Below, in pieces: positions 1 through 9,356 of a stretch of 64,000 nucleotides of DNA. Within the stretch, counting starts at the first letter, position 1, and every line of letters starts with the position of its first letter. The notes beneath the pieces were generated by a model. The model ran no database searches. It was not told the origin of the DNA and saw only the letters and a program-made list of their open reading frames with translations. Source of the DNA: a phage; sequence record PQ374922.1. One strand, written 5' to 3'. Both the position numbers and the translations under genes were made by a program.

Positions 1-3000
1 ATGGCTAATAAACCAACACAGCCTGTTTTCCCTCTCGGTCTGGTGGCTGAAGAGCAGTCTACTTTGGCTGGTGTCGTCAACACGGGTACGATTGAGCATG
101 GACCAGATGCTGTCCTGACTTTACCCGAGGGTAATGCCAGCGCAGGACTCCCGTCTTCCGTTCGCTACAATGCCGACTCCGACGAATTTGAGGGCTTCTA
201 TGAAAATGGTGGATGGTTGCCGCTGGGTGGCGGTGGTATCCGCTGGGAAGTCCTTCCGCATGCCTCTACGACAACGCTCACTGAAGGGCGAGGCTATCTC
301 ATTAATAATACCACAGGGGCATCTACAGTGGTTCTCCCTTCCCCTACGCGTATTGGGGATTCCGTTACTATTTGTGATGCTTATGGGAAATTTGCCACTT
401 ACCCATTGACCGTGTCTCCTTCTGGAAATAATTTGTATGGCTCCACTGAAGACATGGCTATAACAACTGATAACGTATCAGCAACGTTCACTTGGTCTGG
501 ACCTGAACAAGGTTGGATTATTACATCCGGCGTCGGTCTTGGCCAAGGTCGCGTCTACAGTCGTGAAATCTTTACAAAAATTTTGGCGTCTGAAACAAGT
601 ACTGTCGCTCTCAATACCCCACCAACAATCGTGGACGTGTATGCTGACGGAAAACGTCTTGCGGAATCCAAATATTCACTAGATGGGAATGTAATCACTT
701 TCAGCCCTTCTTTGCCAGCCAACACAGAACTTCAGGTGATTGAATATACTCCTATTCAATTGGGTAATGGCGGTGGTTCTAGTTCTTCTACGATTACCTG
801 GGTCTATAATGGGGGTTCAGCGATTGGCGGTGAAACCGAAATCACGTTGGACGTCGTTGTTGATGATGTTCCGGCCATTGATATAAACGGAAGTCGCCAG
901 TATAAAAATCTGGGATTCACATTCGATCCATTAACCAGTAAAATCACTCTTGCGCAAGAACTGGAACCAGAGGATGAAGTTGTTGTGATTATAAATGGGA
1001 CACCAAACATTTATAACCAAATCGATCGTTCTTTACAGGAAGTTGCTCGTGCTGCTAACGTTAAAAATAGTGAAGTAATTCTTAGCACTGATATCACTCA
1101 ATTCTTGAATGACAAGAAAGTTGTTTATGATGTTACCGAACAGAAGGCTTATGGCCTACCTTCTTTGCCAACTAACGTTTGTATTGGTTCAGTATCTAAT
1201 GGTCAGCTTACTTATAATCCAGGCAGCATTACCGTAGATTTGATTCCATTGCCTAACTCCGTCGAACTGTTAAGCAATAATTTGATGTCATCTACAGGGT
1301 CTAGCTTCGTTAAGCATGGGGATAAGACTGTAGGGGAAATCTTGGATACCTTATCCAGTGTTCAACTACACTACTCTTCCTTTGCCTCTCTTACGGAGTT
1401 ACATGACTATATCATTAACAATAACCTTACTAACGTGGATATTATTTTTGATAAGGTATTAACTTTAGGTCCAGGCTCTGGTGGGTTAGGAACTCTGTTT
1501 GTACTCAGTAACATGAAGCACCTTGGTATCCACAACCTGGTTATAGATGACACTCTCCTCTATTCTGGTTCGTTTGATTTAACCCGTGTATTCGACCTTG
1601 CTAACATAGGTAATTTATACATGGAGGTAGATGCTACCAGTACCCTGGAATATGTTGGTGATGATAAAAGGGGGCTAACCCCATTACGTTTAAATGGCTG
1701 CGATAATTTTACGTTTATTGGTAAAACTACACGCTGTTATCAAGGTTATGAATGTACTAATGTAAAAAATCTCCATGCTCGTAGTGTGAATAATGATACT
1801 CGCTATCCACATCTTCTTGGTAATGTTGGTACAGTTGATATCCACACAGTTAATAATGGTTGTCGTCGTGACTTCTTCCTGACGAATAATTGTGCTGGGG
1901 GGAAGATTACAGTTGATGCCGTGGATACACAGCAGGGTACACCAATCAAAATGTACTTCTATAATGGGAACATGGACAACCAAATAAGTAACCTGACAAT
2001 TAATTATAAGTACCGTAGCACAGGTCGTTACACACTTCCGTACCGAGTAGCACCAATATGGTTGGATTGGGGCTGGGACAGCACCATAACGGAGTCTATG
2101 GTTGCTGGGCTGATGCGTAACATAACCATCATTTATGATGTCGTCGGGGGGAATTGGGGGAGTGTTATCGGCACAACAAAGCTGATTGATGAGTCTGTAG
2201 CAGACAACAACCCACGTGGCTATGGCTATTCAAATATTGTGATCACCGGACGCATAGAATTGGGGGGTGGGGACTCCAATAATCACGCATGGTTCTTTAA
2301 CTTCAACTCTAATGATAACTGGGTATCAGGAGATACTATTAATGGGTTTATCTGTCGTGACCTGGTGGTCCGGAAGCTGAATGGTGGTGATGTATACGTC
2401 AACACCAATCAGCTTACAGGTGCAGTGACAAATTATGGAGGAGTTAAATTTGAAGGTGTTAGTGCACCAGAAGCTAAGTTAACAGCTACTGATTACAGTA
2501 AAGTAAAATTTGCTAATTGCACGTTTTCTGATTTTGCATCTTTAGGTGCAGCAACTGATTCAAGCAAATGTGCTACGGGTTCCTTGCTGTTTATTAAAGC
2601 TGCTGGAAACCCAGGAAAATTCAAACTTGGAACGGTTAGTACATATCGTAACGTGAGCCTGTGGACCGTTGATGTTGTCGCTAACTCCCCTCTCTCTGGG
2701 GTATCGTCGGCATGGCATGGGCGTTTACAGGGAACACTGGCGATGGCTACAACTCCAGCAGCAAGCACAATGGAAGGTTCAGTACAAAGCTCGTTCACAA
2801 AAGGAACAGCAGCTACGCCGACTATATCAGTCGATGCTAGTGGTAACGTGTTCCTTAACTTTGATGGATGGGACGCACTAGAGGCTAACGTGGCTGTAAA
2901 TGTTAAAATGCAGTATGACGAATACAGTGGCGGAGGCAACAAAACTGTACGTGGTATGTTAAGCAAAGCTAATGGTGGGTTTAGTCTGAACCTTAGTTAA
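1..3000 (+). CDS. Tailspike protein with long N-terminal extension, shared anchor module and beta-rich C-terminal receptor-binding region; may be 5'-truncated by window edge
   Basis: 999-aa ORF starting at window position 1; internal module SEVILSTDITQFLNDKKVVYDVTEQKAYGLPSLPTNV..QLTYNPGSITVDLIPLP is paralogous to modules in the ORFs at 6468 and 9357; GC-hairpin terminator follows. Confidence 0.8.
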   Translation: MANKPTQPVFPLGLVAEEQSTLAGVVNTGTIEHGPDAVLTLPEGNASAGLPSSVRYNADSDEFEGFYENGGWLPLGGGGIRWEVLPHASTTTLTEGRGYLINNTTGASTVVLPSPTRIGDSVTICDAYGKFATYPLTVSPSGNNLYGSTEDMAITTDNVSATFTWSGPEQGWIITSGVGLGQGRVYSREIFTKILASETSTVALNTPPTIVDVYADGKRLAESKYSLDGNVITFSPSLPANTELQVIEYTPIQLGNGGGSSSSTITWVYNGGSAIGGETEITLDVVVDDVPAIDINGSRQYKNLGFTFDPLTSKITLAQELEPEDEVVVIINGTPNIYNQIDRSLQEVARAANVKNSEVILSTDITQFLNDKKVVYDVTEQKAYGLPSLPTNVCIGSVSNGQLTYNPGSITVDLIPLPNSVELLSNNLMSSTGSSFVKHGDKTVGEILDTLSSVQLHYSSFASLTELHDYIINNNLTNVDIIFDKVLTLGPGSGGLGTLFVLSNMKHLGIHNLVIDDTLLYSGSFDLTRVFDLANIGNLYMEVDATSTLEYVGDDKRGLTPLRLNGCDNFTFIGKTTRCYQGYECTNVKNLHARSVNNDTRYPHLLGNVGTVDIHTVNNGCRRDFFLTNNCAGGKITVDAVDTQQGTPIKMYFYNGNMDNQISNLTINYKYRSTGRYTLPYRVAPIWLDWGWDSTITESMVAGLMRNITIIYDVVGGNWGSVIGTTKLIDESVADNNPRGYGYSNIVITGRIELGGGDSNNHAWFFNFNSNDNWVSGDTINGFICRDLVVRKLNGGDVYVNTNQLTGAVTNYGGVKFEGVSAPEAKLTATDYSKVKFANCTFSDFASLGAATDSSKCATGSLLFIKAAGNPGKFKLGTVSTYRNVSLWTVDVVANSPLSGVSSAWHGRLQGTLAMATTPAASTMEGSVQSSFTKGTAATPTISVDASGNVFLNFDGWDALEANVAVNVKMQYDEYSGGGNKTVRGMLSKANGGFSLNLS

Positions 3001-3004
3001 TAAA

Positions 3005-3030
3005 ATTCCCCTCTTCGGAGGGGATCTTGT
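3005..3030 (+). terminator. Rho-independent terminator-like hairpin (cccctc-ttcg-gagggg) followed by T-rich tract
   Basis: Perfect 6-bp GC stem with UUCG-type loop directly after the stop at 3000. Confidence 0.6.
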
Positions 3031-3063
3031 TATACCTTTGTTCATAAATTTGATTAGTTCAGA

Positions 3064-3074
3064 CTAAATACCCC
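3064..3074 (+). promoter_or_regulatory. Late-promoter-like motif CTAAATACCCC
   Basis: Recurring box about 30 nt upstream of late-gene ATGs; here followed by complementary TATGGGGTA near the RBS. Confidence 0.6.
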
Positions 3075-3103
3075 ATATTGGACATCCTTTATGGGGTATT
3101 ATC

Positions 3104-6100
3104 ATGATTTCTCAATTCAATCAACCACGCGGCTCCACTTCCATAGAAGTTAACAAACAATCTATCGCTCGAAATTTCGGTGTCAAAGAAGACGAAGTCG
3201 TTTATTTCACTGCTGGTATTGATCTCAGTGGATTTAAAGTAATTTATGATGAGTCTACCCAACGGGCCTATTCTCTTCCTTCAGGTATTGTTTCAGGAAC
3301 GACTGCGATAAGTCTGAACGGACAAGCCATCCTCACTCATTCCGCTGGTTCTGTTGACCTCGGAGAATTAGCCGTATCCCGTGAGGAATATGTTACATTG
3401 CCTGGTTCATTTGATACAGGTGTAACTGTTAATTGTAAGAATGAATTAGTTGTCTTTACCGAGGGCAAGTACCGCTGGGATGGTGAATTACCTAAAGAAG
3501 TTCCTGCTGGTTCGACTCCTGAATCGTCTGGCGGCATTGGTGATGGGAAATGGGTCGGTGTTGGGGATGTGGCACTGCGTGGACAGATTTCAGACCCCGA
3601 GGGTGCAACAAAATATCCTGAACTACAAATGGCTCGCTGGCGTGATAATGGCGATCCGCGTGGATGGGGTGTTAAAGGTGATGCTGTACATGATGATACA
3701 GCAGCATTAACGAGCGTATTAAACGACACACCGGTTGGACAAAAGATTAATGGCAATGGGAAGACATATAAGGTCACATCCCTGCCTGACATTAGTAGAT
3801 TCGTCAATACTCGTTTTGTATATGAACGTATTCCTGGTCAGCCGCTTTATTATGCCTCTGAAGAATTTGTTCAGGGTGAGCTGTTCAAAATAACGGACAC
3901 CCCTTATTACAATGCGTGGCCACAAGATAAAGCGTTCGTTTACGACGATGTTATTTACTGTCCGTTCATGGCTAGTGATAGACATGGGGTTAGCAGGCTG
4001 CATGTATCCTGGGTTCGTTCAGGGGATGACGGACAGACCTGGACAACCCCGGAGTGGTTAACCGACCTACATCCTGACTATCCGACAGTTAACTACCACT
4101 GCATGAGTATGGGGGTGATGCGTAATCGTCTCTTTGCGATGATTGAGACCCGTACATTGGCATCTAACGCACTGGTAACCTGTGAGTTGTGGGATCGCCC
4201 CATGTCCCGTAACTACCATCCGACAGGCGGTATCACTAAAGCCGCCAACCAGCCTGTGGCTGTAATTACTATCCCTGAACACGGTCTTTTTGCTGGGGAT
4301 TTTGTTAACTTCTCAAACTCTGGGGTGACTGGAGTTTCAGGGAATATGACTGTAACTTCAGTTATTGACCGCAACACTTTCACAGTTACCACGCCAAATC
4401 AACAGGCGTTTGACCAAAATAATTCTGCCAGCCGTTGGCATATGGGTACATCGTTCCATGAGTCGCCGTGGCGTAAAACCAGCCTTGGGTTAATCCCAAT
4501 GGTGACTGAAGTTCATAGTTTTACCGCCATCAATAATGATTCATTCATGATGGGGTATCACCAAGGTGATGTTGCTCCTCGTGAAGTTGGCATGTTGTAT
4601 TTCCCGGATGCGTTTAATAACCCGGGTTTATACCAAAAACGTCGTATTCCTGCTGATTATGAACCTGATGCGGCAGAGCCTTGCGTTAAATATTTTGATG
4701 GCGTTCTTTATGTCTTAACTCGTGGTACTCGTTCAGATCGTTTGGGGAGTTCGTTGCATCGTAGTCATGATTTGGGCATGACTTGGGAATCACTCAGATT
4801 TCCTAATAATGTTCACCACTCTACGTTGCCGTTCGCTAAAGTCGGTAATGAACTAATCATTTTCGCCACAGAGCGTGCTGATAACGAATGGGAAGCCAAT
4901 GTACCTGATCAACGATACTTTACTTCTTATCCACGAACGTTCTACACGCGAGTGAACCTAGACACCTGGAACCTGGATAATACTCAGTGGGTGAATATCA
5001 CTGACCAGATTTATCAGGGCGGTATTGTCAACTCTGGAGTCGGTGTTGGCTCAGTGGTTGTTAAGGATAGTTATATCTATTACATGTTCGGTGGGGAAGA
5101 CCATCTGAACCCCTGGACATATGGAGATAACTCAGCGAAAGACCCATTCAAATCAGATGGTCATCCCTCAGATTTGTATTGCTACAAAATGAAGATTGGC
5201 CCAGACAATCGTGTTTCCAGGGATTTCAGATATGGTGCTGTACCTGACAGAGCTGTTCCCGTGTTTTTTGATACGAATGGGGTTCGCACTGTCCCTGCGC
5301 CAATGGAATTTACAGGAGATTTGGGTTTAGGTCATGTGACCCTTAGGGCCAGCACCAGTAATAACATTCGCTCTGAAATGCTACTGGAAGGCGAGTATGG
5401 GTTTATTGGGAAATCTGTACCTACTAATAACCCAGCAGGACAGCGCACCATATTTTGCGGTGGAGAAGGAACCAGTTCTTCTACTGGTGCACAGATTACG
5501 CTTTACGGTGCGAATAACACAGCTTCTCGCAGGATAGTTTACAACGGAGCTGAGCACCTGTTCCAGACTGCTGATGTTAAGCCTTATAACGATAACGCTA
5601 TTGCTCTTGGTGGGCCCAGCAACCGTTTCACCACTGCATACCTCGGAAGCAACCCTATTGTTACTTCTAACGGAGAGAAGAAAACGGAGCCGGTAGTTTT
5701 TGATGATGCTTTCCTGGATGCCTGGGGTGACGTTCACTACATCATGTACCAGTGGTTAGATGCTGTTCAACTGAAAGGCAATGAAGCTCGTATTCACTTC
5801 GGGGTTATTGCTCAGCAAATTCGTGATGTATTCATTGCACATGGTCTGATGGACGAAAACAGTACGGATTGTCGTTATGCCGTTCTGTGCTATGACAAGT
5901 ATCCACGGATGACCGATATGGTATTTTCGCACAATGAAATCGTTGAACACACTGACGAGGAGGGTAATGTCACCACCACGGAAGAGCCTGTATTCACTGA
6001 GGTGGTTATTCACGAAGAGGGTGAGGAGTGGGGCGTGCGGCCTGACGGAATTTTCTTTGCTGAAGCTGCTTATCAGCGAAGAAAACTGGAAAGAATCGAA

Positions 6101-6130
6101 GCCAGACTTTCTGCTCTTGAACAGAAGTAA
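3104..6130 (+). CDS. Tailspike protein with sialidase-like beta-propeller (two Asp-box motifs) and C-terminal intramolecular chaperone-like domain
   Basis: 1008 aa; Asp-boxes SGDDGQTW (4019-4042) and SHDLGMTW (4763-4786); N-terminal anchor-like module; acidic C-terminal ~150 aa (about 5680-6130) resembling self-cleaving tail-fibre chaperone domains. Confidence 0.8.
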   Translation: MISQFNQPRGSTSIEVNKQSIARNFGVKEDEVVYFTAGIDLSGFKVIYDESTQRAYSLPSGIVSGTTAISLNGQAILTHSAGSVDLGELAVSREEYVTLPGSFDTGVTVNCKNELVVFTEGKYRWDGELPKEVPAGSTPESSGGIGDGKWVGVGDVALRGQISDPEGATKYPELQMARWRDNGDPRGWGVKGDAVHDDTAALTSVLNDTPVGQKINGNGKTYKVTSLPDISRFVNTRFVYERIPGQPLYYASEEFVQGELFKITDTPYYNAWPQDKAFVYDDVIYCPFMASDRHGVSRLHVSWVRSGDDGQTWTTPEWLTDLHPDYPTVNYHCMSMGVMRNRLFAMIETRTLASNALVTCELWDRPMSRNYHPTGGITKAANQPVAVITIPEHGLFAGDFVNFSNSGVTGVSGNMTVTSVIDRNTFTVTTPNQQAFDQNNSASRWHMGTSFHESPWRKTSLGLIPMVTEVHSFTAINNDSFMMGYHQGDVAPREVGMLYFPDAFNNPGLYQKRRIPADYEPDAAEPCVKYFDGVLYVLTRGTRSDRLGSSLHRSHDLGMTWESLRFPNNVHHSTLPFAKVGNELIIFATERADNEWEANVPDQRYFTSYPRTFYTRVNLDTWNLDNTQWVNITDQIYQGGIVNSGVGVGSVVVKDSYIYYMFGGEDHLNPWTYGDNSAKDPFKSDGHPSDLYCYKMKIGPDNRVSRDFRYGAVPDRAVPVFFDTNGVRTVPAPMEFTGDLGLGHVTLRASTSNNIRSEMLLEGEYGFIGKSVPTNNPAGQRTIFCGGEGTSSSTGAQITLYGANNTASRRIVYNGAEHLFQTADVKPYNDNAIALGGPSNRFTTAYLGSNPIVTSNGEKKTEPVVFDDAFLDAWGDVHYIMYQWLDAVQLKGNEARIHFGVIAQQIRDVFIAHGLMDENSTDCRYAVLCYDKYPRMTDMVFSHNEIVEHTDEEGNVTTTEEPVFTEVVIHEEGEEWGVRPDGIFFAEAAYQRRKLERIEARLSALEQK

Positions 6131-6135
6131 TAAAC

Positions 6136-6166
6136 AAAACCCCGCTTCGGCGGGGTTAGTTTTTAC
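6136..6166 (+). terminator. Rho-independent terminator (aaaccccgcttcggcggggtt + T-tract)
   Basis: 8-bp GC stem, UUCG loop, T-run; same hairpin sequence recurs near 24378 and 31115. Confidence 0.7.
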
Positions 6167-6172
6167 TTATTA

Positions 6173-6430
6173 ATAATACTTTTTATATAGAGTTTACTGT
6201 TTGCATTACCCTTACTGATACAGCAGTTAAGGTAATAGTCTGACCTGATATGTTGAACATACCTAACTGTATACCATCCACCATGAAAGGGTCTGCTGAA
6301 CCTAGTGTGTAAGTAGCTAAAACGTTATCCCTGTTGGCTATATCTACACCCTGAACTTTGGTACTGGCATCTGAACCTACTATTGTAGTTCCATTGGTTC
6401 TCCTTGTTATACCTTTGTTCATAAATTTAT
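6173..6430. repeat. Copy A of ~240-bp intergenic direct repeat
   Basis: About 85% identical to 11305-11525 by eye; carries an intact 79-codon minus-strand ORF. Confidence 0.6.
6183..6422 (-). CDS. Small hypothetical protein (79 aa) encoded inside the repeat element; possibly a relic
   Basis: Intact ORF in copy A only; no convincing RBS; second copy is frameshifted. Confidence 0.25.
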   Translation of the reverse strand: MNKGITRRTNGTTIVGSDASTKVQGVDIANRDNVLATYTLGSADPFMVDGIQLGMFNISGQTITLTAVSVRVMQTVNSI

Positions 6431-6439
6431 TAGTTCAGA

Positions 6440-6450
6440 CTAAATACCCC
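6440..6450 (+). promoter_or_regulatory. Late-promoter-like motif CTAAATACCCC
   Basis: Same box and downstream TATGGGGTA complement as at 3064; leader nearly identical to that of the 3104 gene. Confidence 0.6.
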
Positions 6451-6467
6451 ATATTAGCAAATCCTCT

Positions 6468-8912
6468 ATGGGGTATCTTCAAATGACCAGAAACGTCGAG
6501 AGCATCTTTGGAGCGGTCGTAACAGCTCCGCACCAGATTCCATACACTTACACAGCAACGGGCGGAGAGAAGTTTATCTCCCTCCCTTTCTACCCTGTCA
6601 CGGGTATAGTCACAATCAACGGTGGTATGCAAGTTCCGTTAGACAACTTTGAAATCGATGGAAATACGTTGAATCTCGGGTGTGCATTATCCAAAGGTGA
6701 CGTTGTGTTCTGTCTGTTTGATAAGATTCTGTCTCCAGAAGATTATAAAACCGGGATTCGAATCTATAAGTTTCAGGCTATAGGAGGTGAAACCGAGTTC
6801 ACTCCTGATTACACATCTTATGGAGTCCAATCTCTTTATATCGGTGGTGAGTACAAAACACCCGAAATTGAATATTCCTATGACAGCACGACAGGGAAAG
6901 TGACTTTACAAACTGCGCTGACTGCAGGCGTTTGGGTAGTCGCTGAAATGTCTGTTAAACAACCGAATATCAGTCCGTTGTTTGACCGAAGTATTCAAGA
7001 AATCGCCCGTTCAGCTAATGTAAAAGATTCTGAAGTAATTCTTAGTACTGACACTACGCAATTATTGAATGGTAAAAAGATTGTCTACTCTGTTAGTGAG
7101 CAGAAGTCATATGGTTTACCTGTATTACCAGCGAATGTATATATTCAGTCTGTTAATGCAGGTAAGTTAACATATTCCCCTGGCGAAATTGTTGTTGATC
7201 TACTTCCTGTACCATCTTCAGTAAGAGATGAGCTGACTGCATATAAAGCGGATTTAGCTAGTGATTCCGGTGCAAGTAAGATTGGTATTAAGATTTCTTT
7301 GCCTGGGACAATTTCTCGTACATTGCAGGAACGGGCAGAAGATAGTGTTAGTGTCAAAGATTTTGGTGCAGTGCCTAATCTTACAACAGATAGTACTTAC
7401 GCCATTCAAGCTGCAATTGATGCGACTCCGTCTGGAGGTACTTTAGGTTTCTATGGCGGACCCTATAGGTTTGGTACTGTTACCGTGGACAAACCTATTA
7501 CACTAGTTGGAGATGCAGACTTGCAGTTTGAGTGTATTCGTATCAAAACAAGTAAGTTTCATAGTTTCTTGACAGGGACACTTACTGCTGCGAGATATGA
7601 CAACGCATGTCGTGCATTTCAAATATTGGCCTATGAAGACGGTAGAGACTATGAGGACATCAAGGTACATGGTGCACGTTTCGAGGGTTTCTTCTATAAC
7701 ACAGACTTCCGAGGTCGCTCTTACGATGCGTCAGAAAGCGATCCTACTAACAGAGTAGTTCGTGACACCTCTATTATGGGCTGTACTTCAGTTCAGCCTA
7801 AAGATGGTAAAGATAGAGGCCACTTTCAACACGTAGGTGTGACCAATGCCAAGTGCATAGGTAACTCGACGTATGGTGGCAAGAATGCTACTTCTTATAA
7901 CTTCATTAATGGTAACGGCTCTTTGGTGGTTATTGGTAACTATGACCATGACAATGAATATGGATCCTTAGAGATTGAGAATAACCAGATAAGCTACGGT
8001 GTTGTTACTGGTAATATCTTCCATAAACAGCTATGGATAGATGATACTAGCAACATTAACGTAATAGGTAACACCTGCACGGATAGGATTTTCATTACTG
8101 CACAATCTAACAACTCTGAGAACGTATCAGTAGTAGGAAACAATGTACCTCGCATCTACGTCAGTAAGTTTGGTCAAAGCCCAACAGGTCGTCACCGTAA
8201 CTTGACTATACGTGGCAACCATATCACTGGCAAGGATGTTCCTAACTGTATATTCTTAGATGATTCTATTGATTCCGCTTCTATTGAGGGTAATGATTGT
8301 TATGGTGTGTCTGGTGTTAGAGGTATAGCCATTACTCGCCATTCCGGTGCTAACTATACGGTGCGTCATAATAACTTACATGGCACTAACTTACTCTTTA
8401 GTGGTTCAGGCGGCAAAGTTTATAGTTATGACAACTTTGATGTTGGGGTTGATGAATCCCCTGTTATAAACAGAACTGACGCAATGCACATTGACAACCT
8501 TCTTCGTGTAAATGAAGAATACCTTGATTTGCCAGGAAAGTACCTATACAAATCTAAGTATGCAGGAGAAATTGCACAAGGTGGGTCAGTTACTATTGAG
8601 TTACCTGTATCAACAAGTGGTACTTTGTCTTTCCGTGGTCTTAGTCTGTGGGTTCTTATCCGTAACGTTTCTACAGGAAACTTTTCTTCCTATCGTGTCG
8701 ATGGAAGGCATGCAGTATTTGGCTCCTCTGTTACTGTTAGCTTTGGTGATAAATATGGAGCAGTAGGAGTAAATACTGGCGATATTACTGTTAGTGATGA
8801 TTCCTCCACAGCTAATCTTATTCGTATCAAGGTAATCAATGGGCACGTAGATCAAACAATGCAAGTGACAGTCATACCAGAGGTAACGAGCAGACTTGGG
8901 ACTGAAGAGTGA
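6468..8912 (+). CDS. Tailspike protein, pectate-lyase-like beta-helix type (true start may be ATG at 6483)
   Basis: 814 aa; anchor module SEVILSTDTTQLLNGKKIVYSVSEQKSYGLPVLPANV; VKDFGAV..TDSTYAIQAAIDA beta-helix entry motif. Confidence 0.8.
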   Translation: MGYLQMTRNVESIFGAVVTAPHQIPYTYTATGGEKFISLPFYPVTGIVTINGGMQVPLDNFEIDGNTLNLGCALSKGDVVFCLFDKILSPEDYKTGIRIYKFQAIGGETEFTPDYTSYGVQSLYIGGEYKTPEIEYSYDSTTGKVTLQTALTAGVWVVAEMSVKQPNISPLFDRSIQEIARSANVKDSEVILSTDTTQLLNGKKIVYSVSEQKSYGLPVLPANVYIQSVNAGKLTYSPGEIVVDLLPVPSSVRDELTAYKADLASDSGASKIGIKISLPGTISRTLQERAEDSVSVKDFGAVPNLTTDSTYAIQAAIDATPSGGTLGFYGGPYRFGTVTVDKPITLVGDADLQFECIRIKTSKFHSFLTGTLTAARYDNACRAFQILAYEDGRDYEDIKVHGARFEGFFYNTDFRGRSYDASESDPTNRVVRDTSIMGCTSVQPKDGKDRGHFQHVGVTNAKCIGNSTYGGKNATSYNFINGNGSLVVIGNYDHDNEYGSLEIENNQISYGVVTGNIFHKQLWIDDTSNINVIGNTCTDRIFITAQSNNSENVSVVGNNVPRIYVSKFGQSPTGRHRNLTIRGNHITGKDVPNCIFLDDSIDSASIEGNDCYGVSGVRGIAITRHSGANYTVRHNNLHGTNLLFSGSGGKVYSYDNFDVGVDESPVINRTDAMHIDNLLRVNEEYLDLPGKYLYKSKYAGEIAQGGSVTIELPVSTSGTLSFRGLSLWVLIRNVSTGNFSSYRVDGRHAVFGSSVTVSFGDKYGAVGVNTGDITVSDDSSTANLIRIKVINGHVDQTMQVTVIPEVTSRLGTEE

Positions 8913-9061
8913 TGCCATTAATCAAGTCAGTTAAGCAAAGTGCTGTACGCCGGAACGCAGAAGAACTCATCAAGGAAGAGTGTGACCCTAAGCAGGCTTA
9001 CGCCATTGCTAAGGATGTACAACGTCGTGCAATGAAGAAACCTTCTGTATCTTCTGCGTAA
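8912..9061 (+). CDS. Small hypothetical ORF (49 aa) translationally coupled to the upstream tailspike gene
   Basis: ATG overlaps the upstream stop (TGATG); basic helical-looking product; below the ORF-track size cut-off. Confidence 0.2.
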   Translation: MPLIKSVKQSAVRRNAEELIKEECDPKQAYAIAKDVQRRAMKKPSVSSA

Positions 9062-9356
9062 GCAGGTTAATATCTTAGTGTACACAAGGGCAGACCTATG
9101 ATAGCTCACAGCACACCTATGAGTGCCGCTCTGGAGTCTATGACTTGTTCCCTGACTATCTAGGTTTGCTCTTAGTGTATTCCAAGTATTAATATGAAAG
9201 GTTGGTGTAACATTGTAGGAGGGAATGGATGGTTATTGTATCTAGTAAGAGGAAAAGTCTAGATAAGATAATGCATACTGGCCTACGCTACCGTGTACTT
9301 ACCTAGTTATAAGACCCCGCTGAAGCGAGGTCTTCTAGAAAAACAAAGAGGTTGCT

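Noticed and set aside
9062-9356. Possible tRNA gene in an ORF-free stretch; the stretch 40218-40577 was checked the same way
   Set aside because: No T-loop GTTC-like motif, no acceptor-stem pairing with appropriate spacing, composition too AT-rich.
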